This document shows, one piece after another, positions 11,601 through 23,978 of a stretch of 64,000 nt of DNA. Numbering within the stretch: position 1 is the first letter of the stretch; every line of letters begins with the position of its first letter. The notes under the pieces are model-generated. The model saw only the letters and a program-made list of their open reading frames with translations, ran no database searches and had not been told where the DNA came from. Source of the DNA: Azolla caroliniana (Eukaryota; Plantae; Polypodiophyta); the NCBI GenBank assembly GCA_043228905.1, contig JBHGNT010000016.1:15996001-16060000 (forward strand), read 5' to 3'. The translations under genes and the position numbers were made by a program.

Positions 11601-13052
11601 ACACGAATAAATTAATGAACTAGAATACTCACTTAAAGATTTAGAAGACACAAGTGAATGAGAAGGAAGTTTGGAACATTGAATAAAATGTTTACAATTA
11701 TTAAGTTCAAATGTGATTGAGTGATTAACCCAATCAATGGACAAAGAAGGGTTTTTATTAAAAAACCAAGGATATCCTAAAATGACATCTGCGGATTGTA
11801 ATTTCATAACATGAAAGTCAAGCTTCTCCAAATAAGTATCTATTTGAATTGGCAGTTGACAAACAATGCCACTGATGTATTGAACGTTTCCATTTGCCAT
11901 GTGAACTTGATAGATATGATCACTTGCGTTTATGTGGAGCTCCATTTGCTGCACAAAGTGATCATTAAGAAAATTGTGAGAACTACCGGAATCAAACAAG
12001 AAATGTGCTTGTGTTCCATTGATATATCCGACTGCTCGGAGTAAATCATTAGGTCCAAGTAAATGTGAAGGAAAAGTGCATTCACATAAACTTAAGTGAT
12101 TGGTATGAACTTCAACAATATCAAAAGACTCACCTGTGTGACTCGTAGATTTGTCTTGAGGAGGGGTGTTCATTGACTTCCTCTCAAGACGACGACAGGT
12201 ATCCTTTGTGTGGCCCCGCTTCTTGCAATATGCACAGAAGAGGTTCGGTTTCTTTGAGTCGCGGTCAAGAGTGTCACTGGATTGCTTACGTTTCCCAATG
12301 AACTTGACATTCGGAGTTTTGGCGAACTCAGGTTTATTGTGGTCTTTCTTGGAAGTCCTATGGTATCGCAGCACAATGTTGACGGCTTCCTCGAAAGTTG
12401 TGGGGTCGTTGTCATGGACAATCCAATGATAATCCCCATTGGGAATACCATTCAAAAAACAAGCGACAAACCATTTCTCACCCGTAAGTCCCGATTTTTG
12501 GATCTGGGTCCGAGCGTGATGCACATAATCCTCGAGAGAGGTAAATGGCTTACTAGACAATGTGAGCAAGTGTTGCGCTTGTTCGGTTTGAGAAGGTGGC
12601 TGCAAGAATTGTTTCTTAAAAACATCAACGAAACCTTCCCAAGTTGTGGGTAAGTTTTTTGCGGTCCTTAGGCCACGCCACCAAGCAGCAGCTCGGCCAC
12701 CTAACTCACGACCGACATAACCAATTTTTACTGCATCGGGCTTGGGATGAAGCTCAAAGTGAGACTCCCAACGACCAAGCCAAGTGCTAATAGCCTCCTC
12801 GGTTCTTTCTTTCTTATCTCCCTTGAAAGGCGTGACTACGAAGGAAGGTTCACCTTCTTTCTTGGACTCAATAGTTAATTCTTGGAATTTCTTTTCCAAT
12901 GCCATATTGGCCTGTCTCATTTCGGCCAATTGATTCAAGGTAGTAGTGAGCAATTGCTCAATAGTGATCTCAGCTTGTGTGCGAGATGCGGATTGGGGTT
13001 GAGAGGTCTCATTTGGAGAGATCGTTCCAACTGCGTTCAAAACTTGTTCCAT
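8650..13052 (-). pseudogene. Chromovirus gag-pol with one frameshift (~10210) between RH and INT; C-terminal chromodomain
   Basis: Zinc knuckle CAYCKKRGH..C, PR LFDSGSSHNF, RT FLDDILIYS, RH ETDASD, INT (HDAPSAGHPG, SMDFI, VSDRD, QSDGQTE), GPF motif, chromodomain PERILDSRTKRLRSKEIRLFKIKW..DATWE. Confidence 0.94.
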
Positions 13053-14039
13053 GATGCACGCTGTGGGTATGCAATAAAATAAGGAGGTTCAGAAAATACA
13101 CAAGCAAAATGAATGCTTGAAATTTTGATTGAAAGAACTTTATCCAAGAAAGTATCTCATGTCTTTACCCCTCTAGACATATGAGATGTGATTCGAGATC
13201 CGATAACTATGGTAACACTATGGTGTTTTAAAAACCATGGGGGAAAACATAGCTAAGATGTATTTCTCGGATCTCTATCTTGAGTAATCATGGCGGCTCC
13301 CCGAGGCTCAACCATGGTTCTTACATCAATGAAATTTCCTAGATAGCCTTATATTAATGCCAACCCATCATGTATTATATGGTCGAGAAAGTGTATTACG
13401 TGAAAAAACAAGTGCACTCACAAGTAATATTCTAGTCTTGCGAGCAATAAGCAAACGTGATGATAAAATGATAAAATAAGGCACTACTCATAAGAGTTAA
13501 GTAGTGACGAAAACAAGGGTAAAAAAAAAGAACCCATGTGTTACCTACGAAAAAAACAATGTCACAAATAAATGGGAAGTGCAAGGTATGCACATATACA
13601 TCCCAATATGATTGTTATAACTTGCACAATTGTGACATAAGCCACAAATTGATACAAGTGATGACGGTGTTGTGCGCAAAGATGTAATACTCAAATCCAT
13701 GAGTAAAACATCAATAAGGGAACTCATATGGTTTTACTCGTTTTCTAAGGCTTGATGATAAGAGTTAAACCTAGATGACCCGTTGAAAAAAAAAAATCGT
13801 TCAACAAGCCACTCCATACGAAAAAATAGTCTACACGTAAAGGTTACATTAAAATAAACGATGTAAATACTTTATACATGAAAAGGAAGTGGAAAAAGGA
13901 GAGTTAATTGTGGGCGGGTAAATAATAATTACTAGAAAATCATATAAGTGAAACAATACTTATGAAATTAAAATTTAATTAGAATAATCAACAATTAGGT
14001 GTATGGAATCAAACATGCCCTAAGATACGAAACCCTAGG

Positions 14040-14570
14040 GTAGTTGACATGCACCTCCTCAAGACCACCACATATCCCTAGAATCGGCCAAGTAATGGCT
14101 AATTAAAGAGGAAAGTGGCATAGGTAAGTGACATATACCTCGTCAAGGCCACATCATCCTTTAGAATCGGCCAATTGATGGCTAATTAAAAAGGAAAGTG
14201 GCATATGTAAGTTACATATACCTTGTCAAGGCCACAACATCCCATAGAATCGGCCAATTGATGGCTTAATAGAGAGTAGAGTGGCATAGGTAGGCAACAT
14301 ACACCTCGTCAAGGCCACATCATCCCTTAGAATCGGCCAAGTGATGGCTCAATAGAGGGGAAGAGTGGTATACTCAACATCATATGCAAAACGGCCATGA
14401 GATAAGCGTGTGCGATTAGAGCAAACACGCTCGACCCAATGCACAAGAATAATTATTATCGTAAGAGTTCAAGAGAGGAGAGAGTGGGATATATATCGCA
14501 ATATGCAAAAGGCCATGAGTTGAGCATGTGCGATTAGTGCAAACACGCTCGGCCCGATGCATAATAATAA
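14040..14570. repeat. Tandem repeats in the chromovirus 5' leader: four ~83-bp units and two ~118-bp units
   Basis: TAGAATCGGCC recurs at ~14079, 14162, 14245, 14328; ATATGCAAAA..GGCCATGAG..GTGCGATTAG..CAAACACGCTCG occurs twice (~14382, ~14501). Confidence 0.85.
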
Positions 14571-17500
14571 GTAAAATCGTAGCGTAGTAGGAGGTAGAAA
14601 GAAAGAGAATAAAACGTAATACCAATTTGATTCGACCATAAAGAACGCATAATAGAAAAAGAGAAGAGATCAAAAAAGAAGAATACCGGGTTTAGAGTGT
14701 TGTTTTGATCCTGAGAAGAGCATGACGAGCCTTGTTAGATCCCCCTCGCTCACACGCAAAAAACATCAAAACAACAAAAAAATTGTTAGTAAAAGCTCTG
14801 ATACCACTGTTAAGAGTCTATTACTAATCAATAGACCAAATCAAGTAAAAAGGAAGAAAATAGATTGGATAGAAGAACCCGTTCCACCCGACCACCCCCG
14901 AGCTATGATCTAGACATAGCCAACCTACCACCGACGTCCCATACCGCCGGATATTAGGATGACTAATACCTTGGAAGAGATAAACACGATCGTCGAGACG
15001 AAAGCCTAGCCCGCACCACCGGTGTCTACGACAGCAGCCTTCCGACGTGATGATCCCTATGAGGGTAGCTAAGCCTCATATTTATACCTTTTCCTAGGCC
15101 CCTTGAATAGATGTGCCTTTCTAAAAGGCTCTCTATTCATTGGTTGTCTAAATCATGATAGTGCATGCACATATCATTCATTCTATCCAATCATTAGTCC
15201 CCTTTTAATAATAGTGAACATACCCTTCACTAATGTAAATATTAGTGACCTACCCTCACCAACGTTATGTGTACATAACAGACAGATCTTGGAGAAACAC
15301 ACCCCCGGATGGACACAGCAAGAAGCAGAACAGCAGGGGGAAGGACCATCCCGACAGCAACAGGAGCCGGCAACAAAGGCAAAACCGGCAGGTAAAGGCA
15401 AAGGGAAAGCGGCCGAGGAGGAACCGATAGCGCGCAAACCAATCCATATAACGCTGCGACGGCCGGAACCGGAACCAGAGATCTTTAGACAAAAGGTCGG
15501 TCTGGTAACCGCACCGGAGGAGGAAACTGAAACAGAAGACTCATCCGAACCACTGGTAAGACTCCCAGCAAGACAACGTCGGGAGAAACGGGTGAAAGGA
15601 CCGGCTCCACCAGTGGACAGAACTCAGCAGAGGGCGCAAGGACCATGTCCAGTAGCCGAGGCGGAAACAACACCGGAACCCGTACCCAGGGAAGCAGCAC
15701 CGACATCGGTTGGGCCGGACTTCAGAAAACCGGTCATCCCAGAGAAGAAGAAGGAACAAGCGCCGGAGCCGGAGCCAGAGAAGAGGCCGGAAAATCAGCC
15801 TGACTTAAGTGAGCAAGGCCACCCCGACACCGGAAGAACAAAGCCACAATGGCTGAGATGGCTTTCGGAGCAGTTATCGGGAGTAGCGGACCAGTTAGAG
15901 AAAGAAGAAACGTGTAGGCAACAGCTGACGCATACAACAACTCAGGAGTTGGCCGCGCTCCGAACACAGATCGAGGAAATGCAAGGGGAGCTGTTGCAGG
16001 CAAGGGAAGGAATTCAACAAGCACAAGCTGTCATCGAGCCGGTCGGGACAACAAGGAAGCAACCAGAACCGGAACCGGAACCGGTAGCCTTGCAAACCGG
16101 CCCTGAGACCGAAAAAATAATAGAAACCTTACGAGAGGAGTTACAAGCTCAGGAGGCATTAAGGGAAAGAGAAAGGGAGCAGCGGAAAGCGGTGGAGGAC
16201 GACAGACGAAAAATGGAAGAAGGCCTCCGGAAAGGTCGAGCCGCTAATGACTGACTGCAAGAAGAAAAAGAGAGGCTGCAGAAGGAGAAGGACCGACTAC
16301 GTCGACATGTCGAGCAAGAGATAGAACGACTGCAGGAAGAACTCCGACAACAGAAGGACCGGGACGATCGGTTAAGAGCTCAGGCAACCCGACGCCTGAA
16401 GCAGAAGACGGAGGACTTCGACTCTCTACCGAGATCACAAGCAGGCCGAGTCGGACAACAAAAAACGGGCAGCAGACTACGACCGGCAAATAGAGAAGCT
16501 GAAAGAGCAGCTCAAAGAGACCCGATTAGACCTGGCTAAGGTGATGGATGAGGTCAGTGCCAACAAGGAAGCATTGTCGGCGGAAATAGCCCAAGCAACG
16601 GAGAGAAGGAAGGAATTAGAGGCCGTAAGGCGGGAAAAGCTGGACCTGACCAAGATCAGGAATGAAGAAAAGGAAAAATCGACCTTCACGATCAGCAAAC
16701 TGCAGAGTACCTATGAAAAGCAGAAAGCAGATTACGAGGCCCAGGCTTAGATAATGGCCGACATTATAAAACGGGCAAGGAAGGAAAAGCAGGAAGCTTA
16801 TGCGCATGCTAAGGCAGGGGTTGACCGGATCAAGCTCATCATGTCAAGATGGAGTACCCGAGCTCAGGCAAGCATCAACGAAAGTACAGAAAAGCTATGG
16901 AAGGAGTGGTCACAACAGGCAGCCGAGCTGCAGACACTCCGAGCGGATGCCGAGAATCGGAAGAAGACCGGTGACAGGTTCTACAAGATGGATGAAGAAA
17001 GTATCGTCGCCATTCGGGAAGAATTGTCGGAGGATTTCTACACTTTAGCAGAAGAACACCTCAAAGAAATCCGAGGATTGGTAGAGAGGTTGGATGACGG
17101 GCAGCTCGCAACTCAGTTGGAGTTGGAGAGATACGAGCAGGACCGGTTACGATAGGAAGCTAAGGGAAGAACGACGCCAACCACTATTGGTGAGGGAACG
17201 CGACCGGCTGAAGATGAACCAACCGACACCGAACGACCTCGACGAGGAATACCCGAAGACGAACTTGAAGAAGAGCAGGAGCAGACCGATGCCGGAGAAG
17301 AAGAAGAGCTGAGCCCGGAAGACACCAGAGCAGAGGAAGGAGGCATATTGAGTCGACCAGTCGAGACCGGAGAAAGCGACACCGGTAATAGAACAGAGCT
17401 AGGAACGGAGGGAGAACAGGAAGAACCCGGACGAAGCGGTGAGGAAGCACCGGCACCACAGAATCTAGCAGAGCCGGAGCAACAAATTTTTACGGAACAG

Positions 17501-17619
17501 CCTACCCAACCGGAGGTCGGAGACCAGGCAGGCAAGGAACAGGAATAGGAGGAAGAAGCACCACTTGATACCATCGAGCAAAGTGTGCTCGATATTTTGG
17601 AGGAAGACTGAGGCCGGGA

Positions 17620-17661
17620 GTGGATTCGAAGTGCAAGGCACTTTCCCACGGGCGTGCCATG
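17620..17661 (+). promoter_or_regulatory. tRNA-3'-end-like motif at the PPT position of A
   Basis: GTGGATTCGA-AGTGC AAG GCACT-TTCCCACGGGCGTGCCA-TG then LTR; no purine tract. Confidence 0.8.
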
Positions 17662-18051
17662 TGTTGGCCGGTCAGAAGAGCAAGGACAAGTGGGAAGGCG
17701 GAATCGGATCGGATAATAGGAAGTAAATAATAGTAAAATTATTATTCGGAGGGACGGATCCGGTACAGTTGTACCGATCCGGATCCGGACCGATTCGGAT
17801 GTCGGTTGCCTAAGCGCACCGATTGTAACCTTGCCGGATGCCTATAAAAGGATCCGATGATTTGTAAAGTGTTTTGACGGAAGTAATACAATAGTGATTA
17901 TTGCGTATTTATCTGTATCTCGTATTGTTTGCCGTCCGTGCTTAATTGTAATCATCTTATGCGTGTAACCTAGCATCCAATCCTTACCACCCCTTTGGAG
18001 AAGTGTCGGATAGACACCTGTGTTGAGGCTAGTCCGGCCAGACAGACAACA
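17662..18051 (+). repeat. Element A 3' LTR
   Basis: Direct repeat of 880-1269. Confidence 0.95.
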
Positions 18052-18266
18052 ACAATCGGTTCTTCCAACCGACTTCTCCTGGCGTCACTCCGCCTTGCTC
18101 GCGCTCCTCGTCCGGTCCGGTCCCGTTTGTCGCGACCCCTTTGGTTCTGCGTGCCTCGACCCTCTCGGTCGGTATGTCTGCTCAATAGGCCCATCTTAGC
18201 ACTCACGTTGCTGTGACTCCGGCGCTTGCCGATCCGTCGGTTCTCCCATGATGGCATCGACTTCCG

Positions 18267-21200
18267 CTATGTCCGTGTCCCCTTGGCCTTCAGTCGATCC
18301 GTCTCATCCGGATCCATCTGTTGATCCGAGTCAGCTGTCTCCGACTCGTTCCAGCTCTTGTCTGAATCGGTACACTCCGATTCGACTTCCGACGTCAGGC
18401 CTCTCACCACATCGGACCACTTCCGAGTCTTGGCCTTCTCCATGCTTCCCTCGGCTTCTTCAGCTGGTGAACCGAAATCGAATTCTTCATTCGACTCTGT
18501 ATCATGGTCAGTACCATCGTGATGACCTCCGCACAACATGCGCTTCTCTTCCTGAGTGCACAACTCTTCTTCACAGCGGTTTCCTCCGACCTGTTCAGAT
18601 GTGTCGACTTCCTTCGTCGACTCGGCTTCCTTCAGCTTCTTGTCTCCTCTTCTTCCGGCTCTCCTCTTACCGACGGGTTCAACAGGTTTTTGGCCTTTGC
18701 CCGTTTCGGTAGAGACTTTGCCCTTGCTTCTCCCCCTCAAGTGCGGCACGTCGAGATGCTGAATACCAAGCATGTCGGTAAAGTGCTGCAACTTGTCCGA
18801 TCCGAGCGGCTTGGTGAAGATGTCGGCAATTTGCCGATCTGTATGAACATACCGTAGGTCAACTTCACCGCTCAGGACCCGCTCACGCACGAAGTGGTAG
18901 TGCACCTCGATGTGCTTTGTGCGAGCATGGAACACAGGGTTCCTGGCGAGCTGGAGGCTGCTCATGTTATCGCAGTAAATCGGGATCGAGGTCGGTACCT
19001 CGATCCGCAAGTCTCGCAGCAGTCGCCGAAGCCAGGTGGCTTCACAAGTGGCAATGGTAGCGGCCCGGTACTCAGCCTCAGTGCTTGACAAAGCCATTGT
19101 GGGCTGCTTCTTGCTGCTCCACGCAACGGCCGCGCTACCTATGGAGAACATGTATCCGGAAGTGGAGCGACGATCAGACGCATCGCCGGCCCAGTTAGCA
19201 TCTGTGTAACCGACAAGCTCTTCGGGTATACCTCGCTGACATACCGTAATATTCGTTGCGCGCACTGAAGGTGCTCCACGGTCGGCTTCTGCATGAATTG
19301 ACTTACCATCCCGACCGGATAGCTGATGTCGGGTCGGGTGATGGTTAAGTAGATCAGGCTTCCGACAACCTGTCGGAACCGTTTCTCATTGCAGGCCGGT
19401 CCGGAGTTGGGACGGAGCTTCTGGTTTCGGTCCAAGGGTGTGGAGACAGGTCGGCAATCCGTCATGTCGAACTTAAACAACATATTCAAGACGTAATGTC
19501 GTTGTGAGAGCAATATGCTGTCGGGGGTCCGGATCACTTCGATCCCAAGAAAATAATGAAGGTCCCCCAGGTCCTTCATTTCGAATGCGTCCGACAACTG
19601 GGACTTGACGCGGTTGATTTCGGGAAGACCCGGTCCGGTGATGACTAAATCATCCACATACAAGAGTATACATACCGGACCGTCAGAGCCTTGCCGGATG
19701 AACAACGAAGAGTCCGACTTAGAGACAGCAAACCCCAGCTTACGCAACCGGTGCGTGATCTTCGCGTTCCAAGCTCGGGGGGCTTGCTTCAAGCCGTAAA
19801 GCGACTTCTTCAGTCGGCATACCGTTGACTTGTTCATCTTCGATTGAAATCCGGGGGGTTGAGTCATAAAGACTTCTTCTTCAAGCTTTCCTTGAAGGAA
19901 GGCGTTCTTCACATCCATCTGGTGAAGATGCCACCCCCTTGCCGCAGCAACCGCCAGTACCACACGAACCGTCGTCATCTTCGCCACAGGAGCGAAGGTC
20001 TCGTCGTAGTTGATTCCGTAGGTCTGCGCGTATCCCTTCGCCACTAGCCGGGCTTTGTATCGGTTAACAGAACCGTCGGCGTTGTACTTGACCTTGTACA
20101 CCCACCTGCATCCGATCGGTTTACAGTGACGGGGAGGATCAACTAGGTCCCAAGTTTCGTTGGCATCGAGTGCCCGCATTTCTTTGTCCATAGCGGCACG
20201 CCAATTCGCGTCCTTTGCCGCTTCTGCGTTGCTCTCTGGCTCACGCACTTCTATCACTTTAGTCATGTACGCATAATGATGCGCCATGTATTCATTGTAC
20301 CCGTATCGCATGACGGGATCCTTCTGGCGGGTTGATCGGCGTAACGCATCCTCACCTGGTTTGAGTCCCTTCTTGGCCAGTTCGGTCTTCATTGCCGAAG
20401 ATCCGCCTTTTTCTTTTCCGGAGTCGGATACGCACCGATCCGACTCATCGTTGCCGGTTTCGAATTCCGGCATCTTCCTCTTCCCCTTCTCTTTGCGCGT
20501 GAACCGTTTCCTCGGTTCCTTGCGCGGGGAGAGCACGGCAGAGTCTCCACCACTTGCCGTCTCTTCATCCGACTGGTCCAACCGACTCAGTCGCTCATTC
20601 GGTCCACTCAACCGTAATGATTCCGGACTCTCATCTTGAGTCCCGACTTCATCATCCTCTGCCAGGGCTGATTCAGGCTCACTGGCCTGATCTTCCGGCA
20701 TTGGGTCGGGATCGGAAGTCGGAGTCGGTACGGAGTACCAGGATGCCGATTCGTCGAACTCGACATCCCGGCTAACTCGGACTTCCTTCGTGCGGGGGTT
20801 ATACCACTTATACCCCTTTTGCTCTTGAGCATAGCTGACTAGGATGCATTTTTCCGATTTTGCATCCAGCTTTCTCCGCTTCTGATCCAGCACATGCACA
20901 TACGCTATGCTGCCAAATATCCGAAGGTGTCTTAAGTTCGGCTTGCGCCCGAAATACAGCTCATGAGCTGACACCTTGTCACCGATGCAGTTTTGTATGT
21001 AGACGGCCGTATGGACCGCCTCCGCCCAGTAGAACCGGGGCATGCTCTTTTCCTCCAGCATTGCCCTTGCCGCTTCGACGAGTGTCCGGTTCTTCCTTTC
21101 GGCCACACCGTTTTGCTCCGGTGTGTATCTGCAGCTGAACTCTCGCCGAATTCCCTTCTGCTGCAGATAACGAGTGAATTGGCCGGAAAAATATTCCTTT

Positions 21201-23008
21201 CCGCCATCCGACCGAAGGCATTTGATCTTCCTCTCTGATTCCCGTTCCACCATCTTCTGGAGGCTCCAGAAACAGTCAAAGACTTCGCTCTTCCGCTCAA
21301 TGAGGTAGATCCAAGTATGCCGAGTATAGTCGTCGATGAAGGAGACGAAGTATCGGCTCCCGCCAAGGCTTACACTTTGTGCCGGTTCCCACACATCCGA
21401 ATGGATGAGATCGAGCTTGTTACGGCTCCGGTTCCGTTCGGTGGGGAATGGAAGCCGGTGTTGCTTCCCAAGTTGGCAGACTTCACAAATTTCGGCTCTC
21501 CGGCCGCTGAACTTCGGCAAACCGAAAACGACTTGTTTCGTTTGCAGATCTTGAAGCCTCCGGTAGTTGACGTGGCCTATCCGCTTGTGCCATAGGTCGA
21601 TGTCCGACTCGACCTTCTGTCGTTTCGCGAACAGAGCGGTGCCAAAGTCATTGGTGTCGAGGATAAACATCCTCCAGTCTCTGCGCCCTTGCGTAATGAC
21701 TTCGCCCTCATCCTCAATGAAGCACCCGAGGTGCGTAAACCGCACCTGCATCCCCTGGTCGACAATCTGACCGACGGACACCAGGTTCTTCGTGATCGTC
21801 GGAACGTGTAACACGTTCATCAGCTTCCCTTTCTGTTCAACGTGGCTTAGAGGGACTTCTCCAATGTCCACGATTGGGTGAGGAGTGTCGTCTCCGGTTT
21901 CGACTACTCCTGGTTGATCCGGTCTCTCCAGAAAGGAGAACCACTCTTTGTGGCTCGTCATGTGGTTCGACGCGCCGGAATCAACATACCACACTTCCTC
22001 CATTTTGGAAGTGGTCTTCTTCATTGAGTTTGCCTTGTGATTCATCACCAAGGCTGGCCCCTTACCGGCCTTTCCGGTTCCGGATCCTCCTGATCCGTTT
22101 GCGTAGTGCGAGTTTTGCCGACCATCCTTACCGGTCTTGCCGGATCCGGATTTGTCCGAATCGGCACGCTTTCTCCAACACTCGCTTTCCCTGTGGCCTT
22201 TTTTGCCACAGTACCAGCATTCCGTAGCAGATTTGTCTTGCCGGCCTCCAGCACCGCCTTGACTCCCCCTGCTTGTGGAAGTCCTGGAACTGTTGTCGGC
22301 ACACTCATAGTGCCTCCGTTCCTACTCTTGCCGGCCGCCTCCATTGCGTGCCGACCCACCTCTTCCACCACGCCCACAGTGCCAATCCGTTCCCATGTAC
22401 AGCATTCGGCTGTCCGGGGATGCACTGGTAGATGCACCGGCGTGGTTCTCCTCTACAAGGAGCATCGAGTGTAAGTCGAAGAATGAGGGGGTATTCTCCC
22501 TTGTACACACCGCAGTTCGGAACGCTCCGAACTTGGACGCCAGGCCTCCGAGACATACTTGCACCATCTCGTCTTCCTCTACGGTAACATTGATAGAGGC
22601 GAGTGAGTCGCAAATCTCCTTTATCCGGCCCGTGTAGTCTGCCACGGACATGTTCTTCTGTCGAACATTGCTCAACTCCTATCTGAGTTGCAGCTTCCGG
22701 GCAGTGGTGCTTGCGGCGAAAACCTTTTTCAGGTTCCCCCAAGCATCCTTCGGTGTCTTGGCGTCACGGATGTGGCTGAGCAGCTGATCGCTGACACTGG
22801 ATGCGAAGCAGTACATCACCCTGCTTGCCGCCTGTTCCCATACCGGGAAGTCCTTGTGTGCCGAGTCTGGCGCCGCATCATTCGCTCCTTCGACATAACT
22901 CCAGTACCCGTGTCCAAGCAGGTACTGGTGCATCTTGTAAGACCAGGATGCGTAGTTGCTCCTGTCAAGCTTTTCCACCGGGAGCGACGTAGCCATGCCT
23001 CTATCCAT
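18267..23008 (-). pseudogene. copia-1 gag-pol polyprotein, disrupted
   Basis: Gag MDRGMATSLPVEKLDRSNYASW, zinc knuckle CWYCGKKGH, PR WYVDSGASNHM, INT (LWHKRIGH, CLRSDGGKEY, PEQNGVAERKNR), RT (HQMDVKNAFL, LLYVDDL), RH (YTDANWAG, KHIEVHYHF). TAG stops at 22679 and 22322 are Gln in the 62813 copy; a deletion with frameshift lies between RT and RH (~19235). Confidence 0.93.
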
Positions 23009-23102
23009 GTCTTCTACTGTGTCTGTTTTCGACCTGTTAGGGTTTTCTTCTCAAGAGTAAATGTCTACAGCAGAGGTTCTCAACCCTCGCGATCTGATAC
23101 CA

Positions 23103-23141
23103 TGTAAACGTGAGTGTTTGCGGAAGCGTAAAACAGAGAAC

Positions 23142-23196
<55 letters not shown>

Positions 23197-23528
23197 CAGA
23201 ACGTAATTTCCAAAATTATATCAAGACTCTGTCACTACACACTATGCTAAGTAGCACTATTTATACAAGTCCTCTTGGGACTGACAGAAGTACCATGTAC
23301 TTCAATGCTCACACGAGCATCTGACACTTACTACGAGACTATAGCTACCTAGTAGTCTATCCTATACTAGGCTTCCGATTGGACTGCCGGTTACGGATTG
23401 CACCCGGCCTCCACTGCTTGCCGGTTCGGTTGCTCACCGTCATACCGATCCGTTTCGCCCGATCCGTCTCGCTTACCGGCTCCGGCTTATTCAGCCGATC
23501 CGGCTCCGGTTGAGCTTGCCGCTCAACA
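23103..23528 (-). repeat. copia-1 5' LTR (426 bp)
   Basis: Direct repeat of 426-825; followed on the minus strand by the PBS. Confidence 0.95.
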
Positions 23529-23978
23529 AATACAATATGTACATACACACACACACACAAGACATACACATAAACACACCTACACATGCACATATATACA
23601 ACACACACACACATAACACATACATACATGTACATACAATACATACATACAATACATACAATCGACGCTAATTGTTTGAAAGAACGGGGGAAGATTACAA
23701 ATTTACATATATACATGTGTGTTATGTTTTGGCAAAAAGTTAGGAGGAAAAGGAAGGAAGGGGGCAGAGAGAGAGAGAGAGAGAAGAAGAAGAAGAAGAA
23801 GAAGAAGACATGACTGATTGAGACGAGGCAGTAGAAAGAAGAAGAATGGAAGAAGCAGGACAAAGATGAAGCCCCTATCGTTGGGAGGGATGAAAGATTC
23901 TTCTTCTTCTGCCACCACGTTGTTTCCATAATCCCTCCTTGTGTTGCACCTTATTCTTCTTTTGCCTTAACATCTACT

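Larger units (their letters stand above)
8170..15280 (-). mobile_element. Ty3/gypsy chromovirus LTR retrotransposon
   Basis: 473-bp LTRs 8170-8642 and 14808-15280 (about 2 differences); TSD GACAG at 8165-8169 and 15281-15285; iMet PBS TGGTATCAGAGC (rc 14795-14806); PPT GAAGTAGGGGAG (rc ~8645-8656). Confidence 0.97.
7594..17611 (+). pseudogene. Element A ORF2 (unknown N-terminal domain, Pro/Glu linker, coiled coil), split by the chromovirus
   Basis: 7594-8169 (MVLSEEARQW...KRRQ) joins in frame to 15286 (ILEKHTPG) once the insert and one TSD are removed; stops at 16252, 16748, 17153, 17546; frameshift near 16425; homologous to ORF2 of B, C and E. Confidence 0.88.
880..18051 (+). mobile_element. 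Ty3/gypsy non-chromovirus LTR retrotransposon A with extra 3' ORF
   Basis: 390-bp LTRs 880-1269 and 17662-18051 (about 5 differences), PBS at 1276, gag-PR-RT-RH-INT ORF without chromodomain, ORF2; no TSD found. Confidence 0.96.
426..23528 (-). mobile_element. Ty1/copia LTR retrotransposon (copia-1), full length, disrupted, host of nested gypsy elements
   Basis: LTRs 426-825 and 23103-23528 (TG...CA); TSD AATAC at 421-425 and 23529-23533; iMet-type PBS TGGTATCAGATC (rc 23091-23102); PPT CTTGAGGGGGAG (rc 826-837); gag-PR-INT-RT-RH order. Confidence 0.97.

Noticed and set aside
14040-14370. CRISPR-like array (also 27580-28440)
   Set aside because: Whole units repeat with no unique spacers, no cas genes, eukaryotic context.
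15103-15285. N-terminus of the 383-aa ORF
   Set aside because: It is chromovirus LTR sequence in frame by chance; the true upstream part is 7594-8169.
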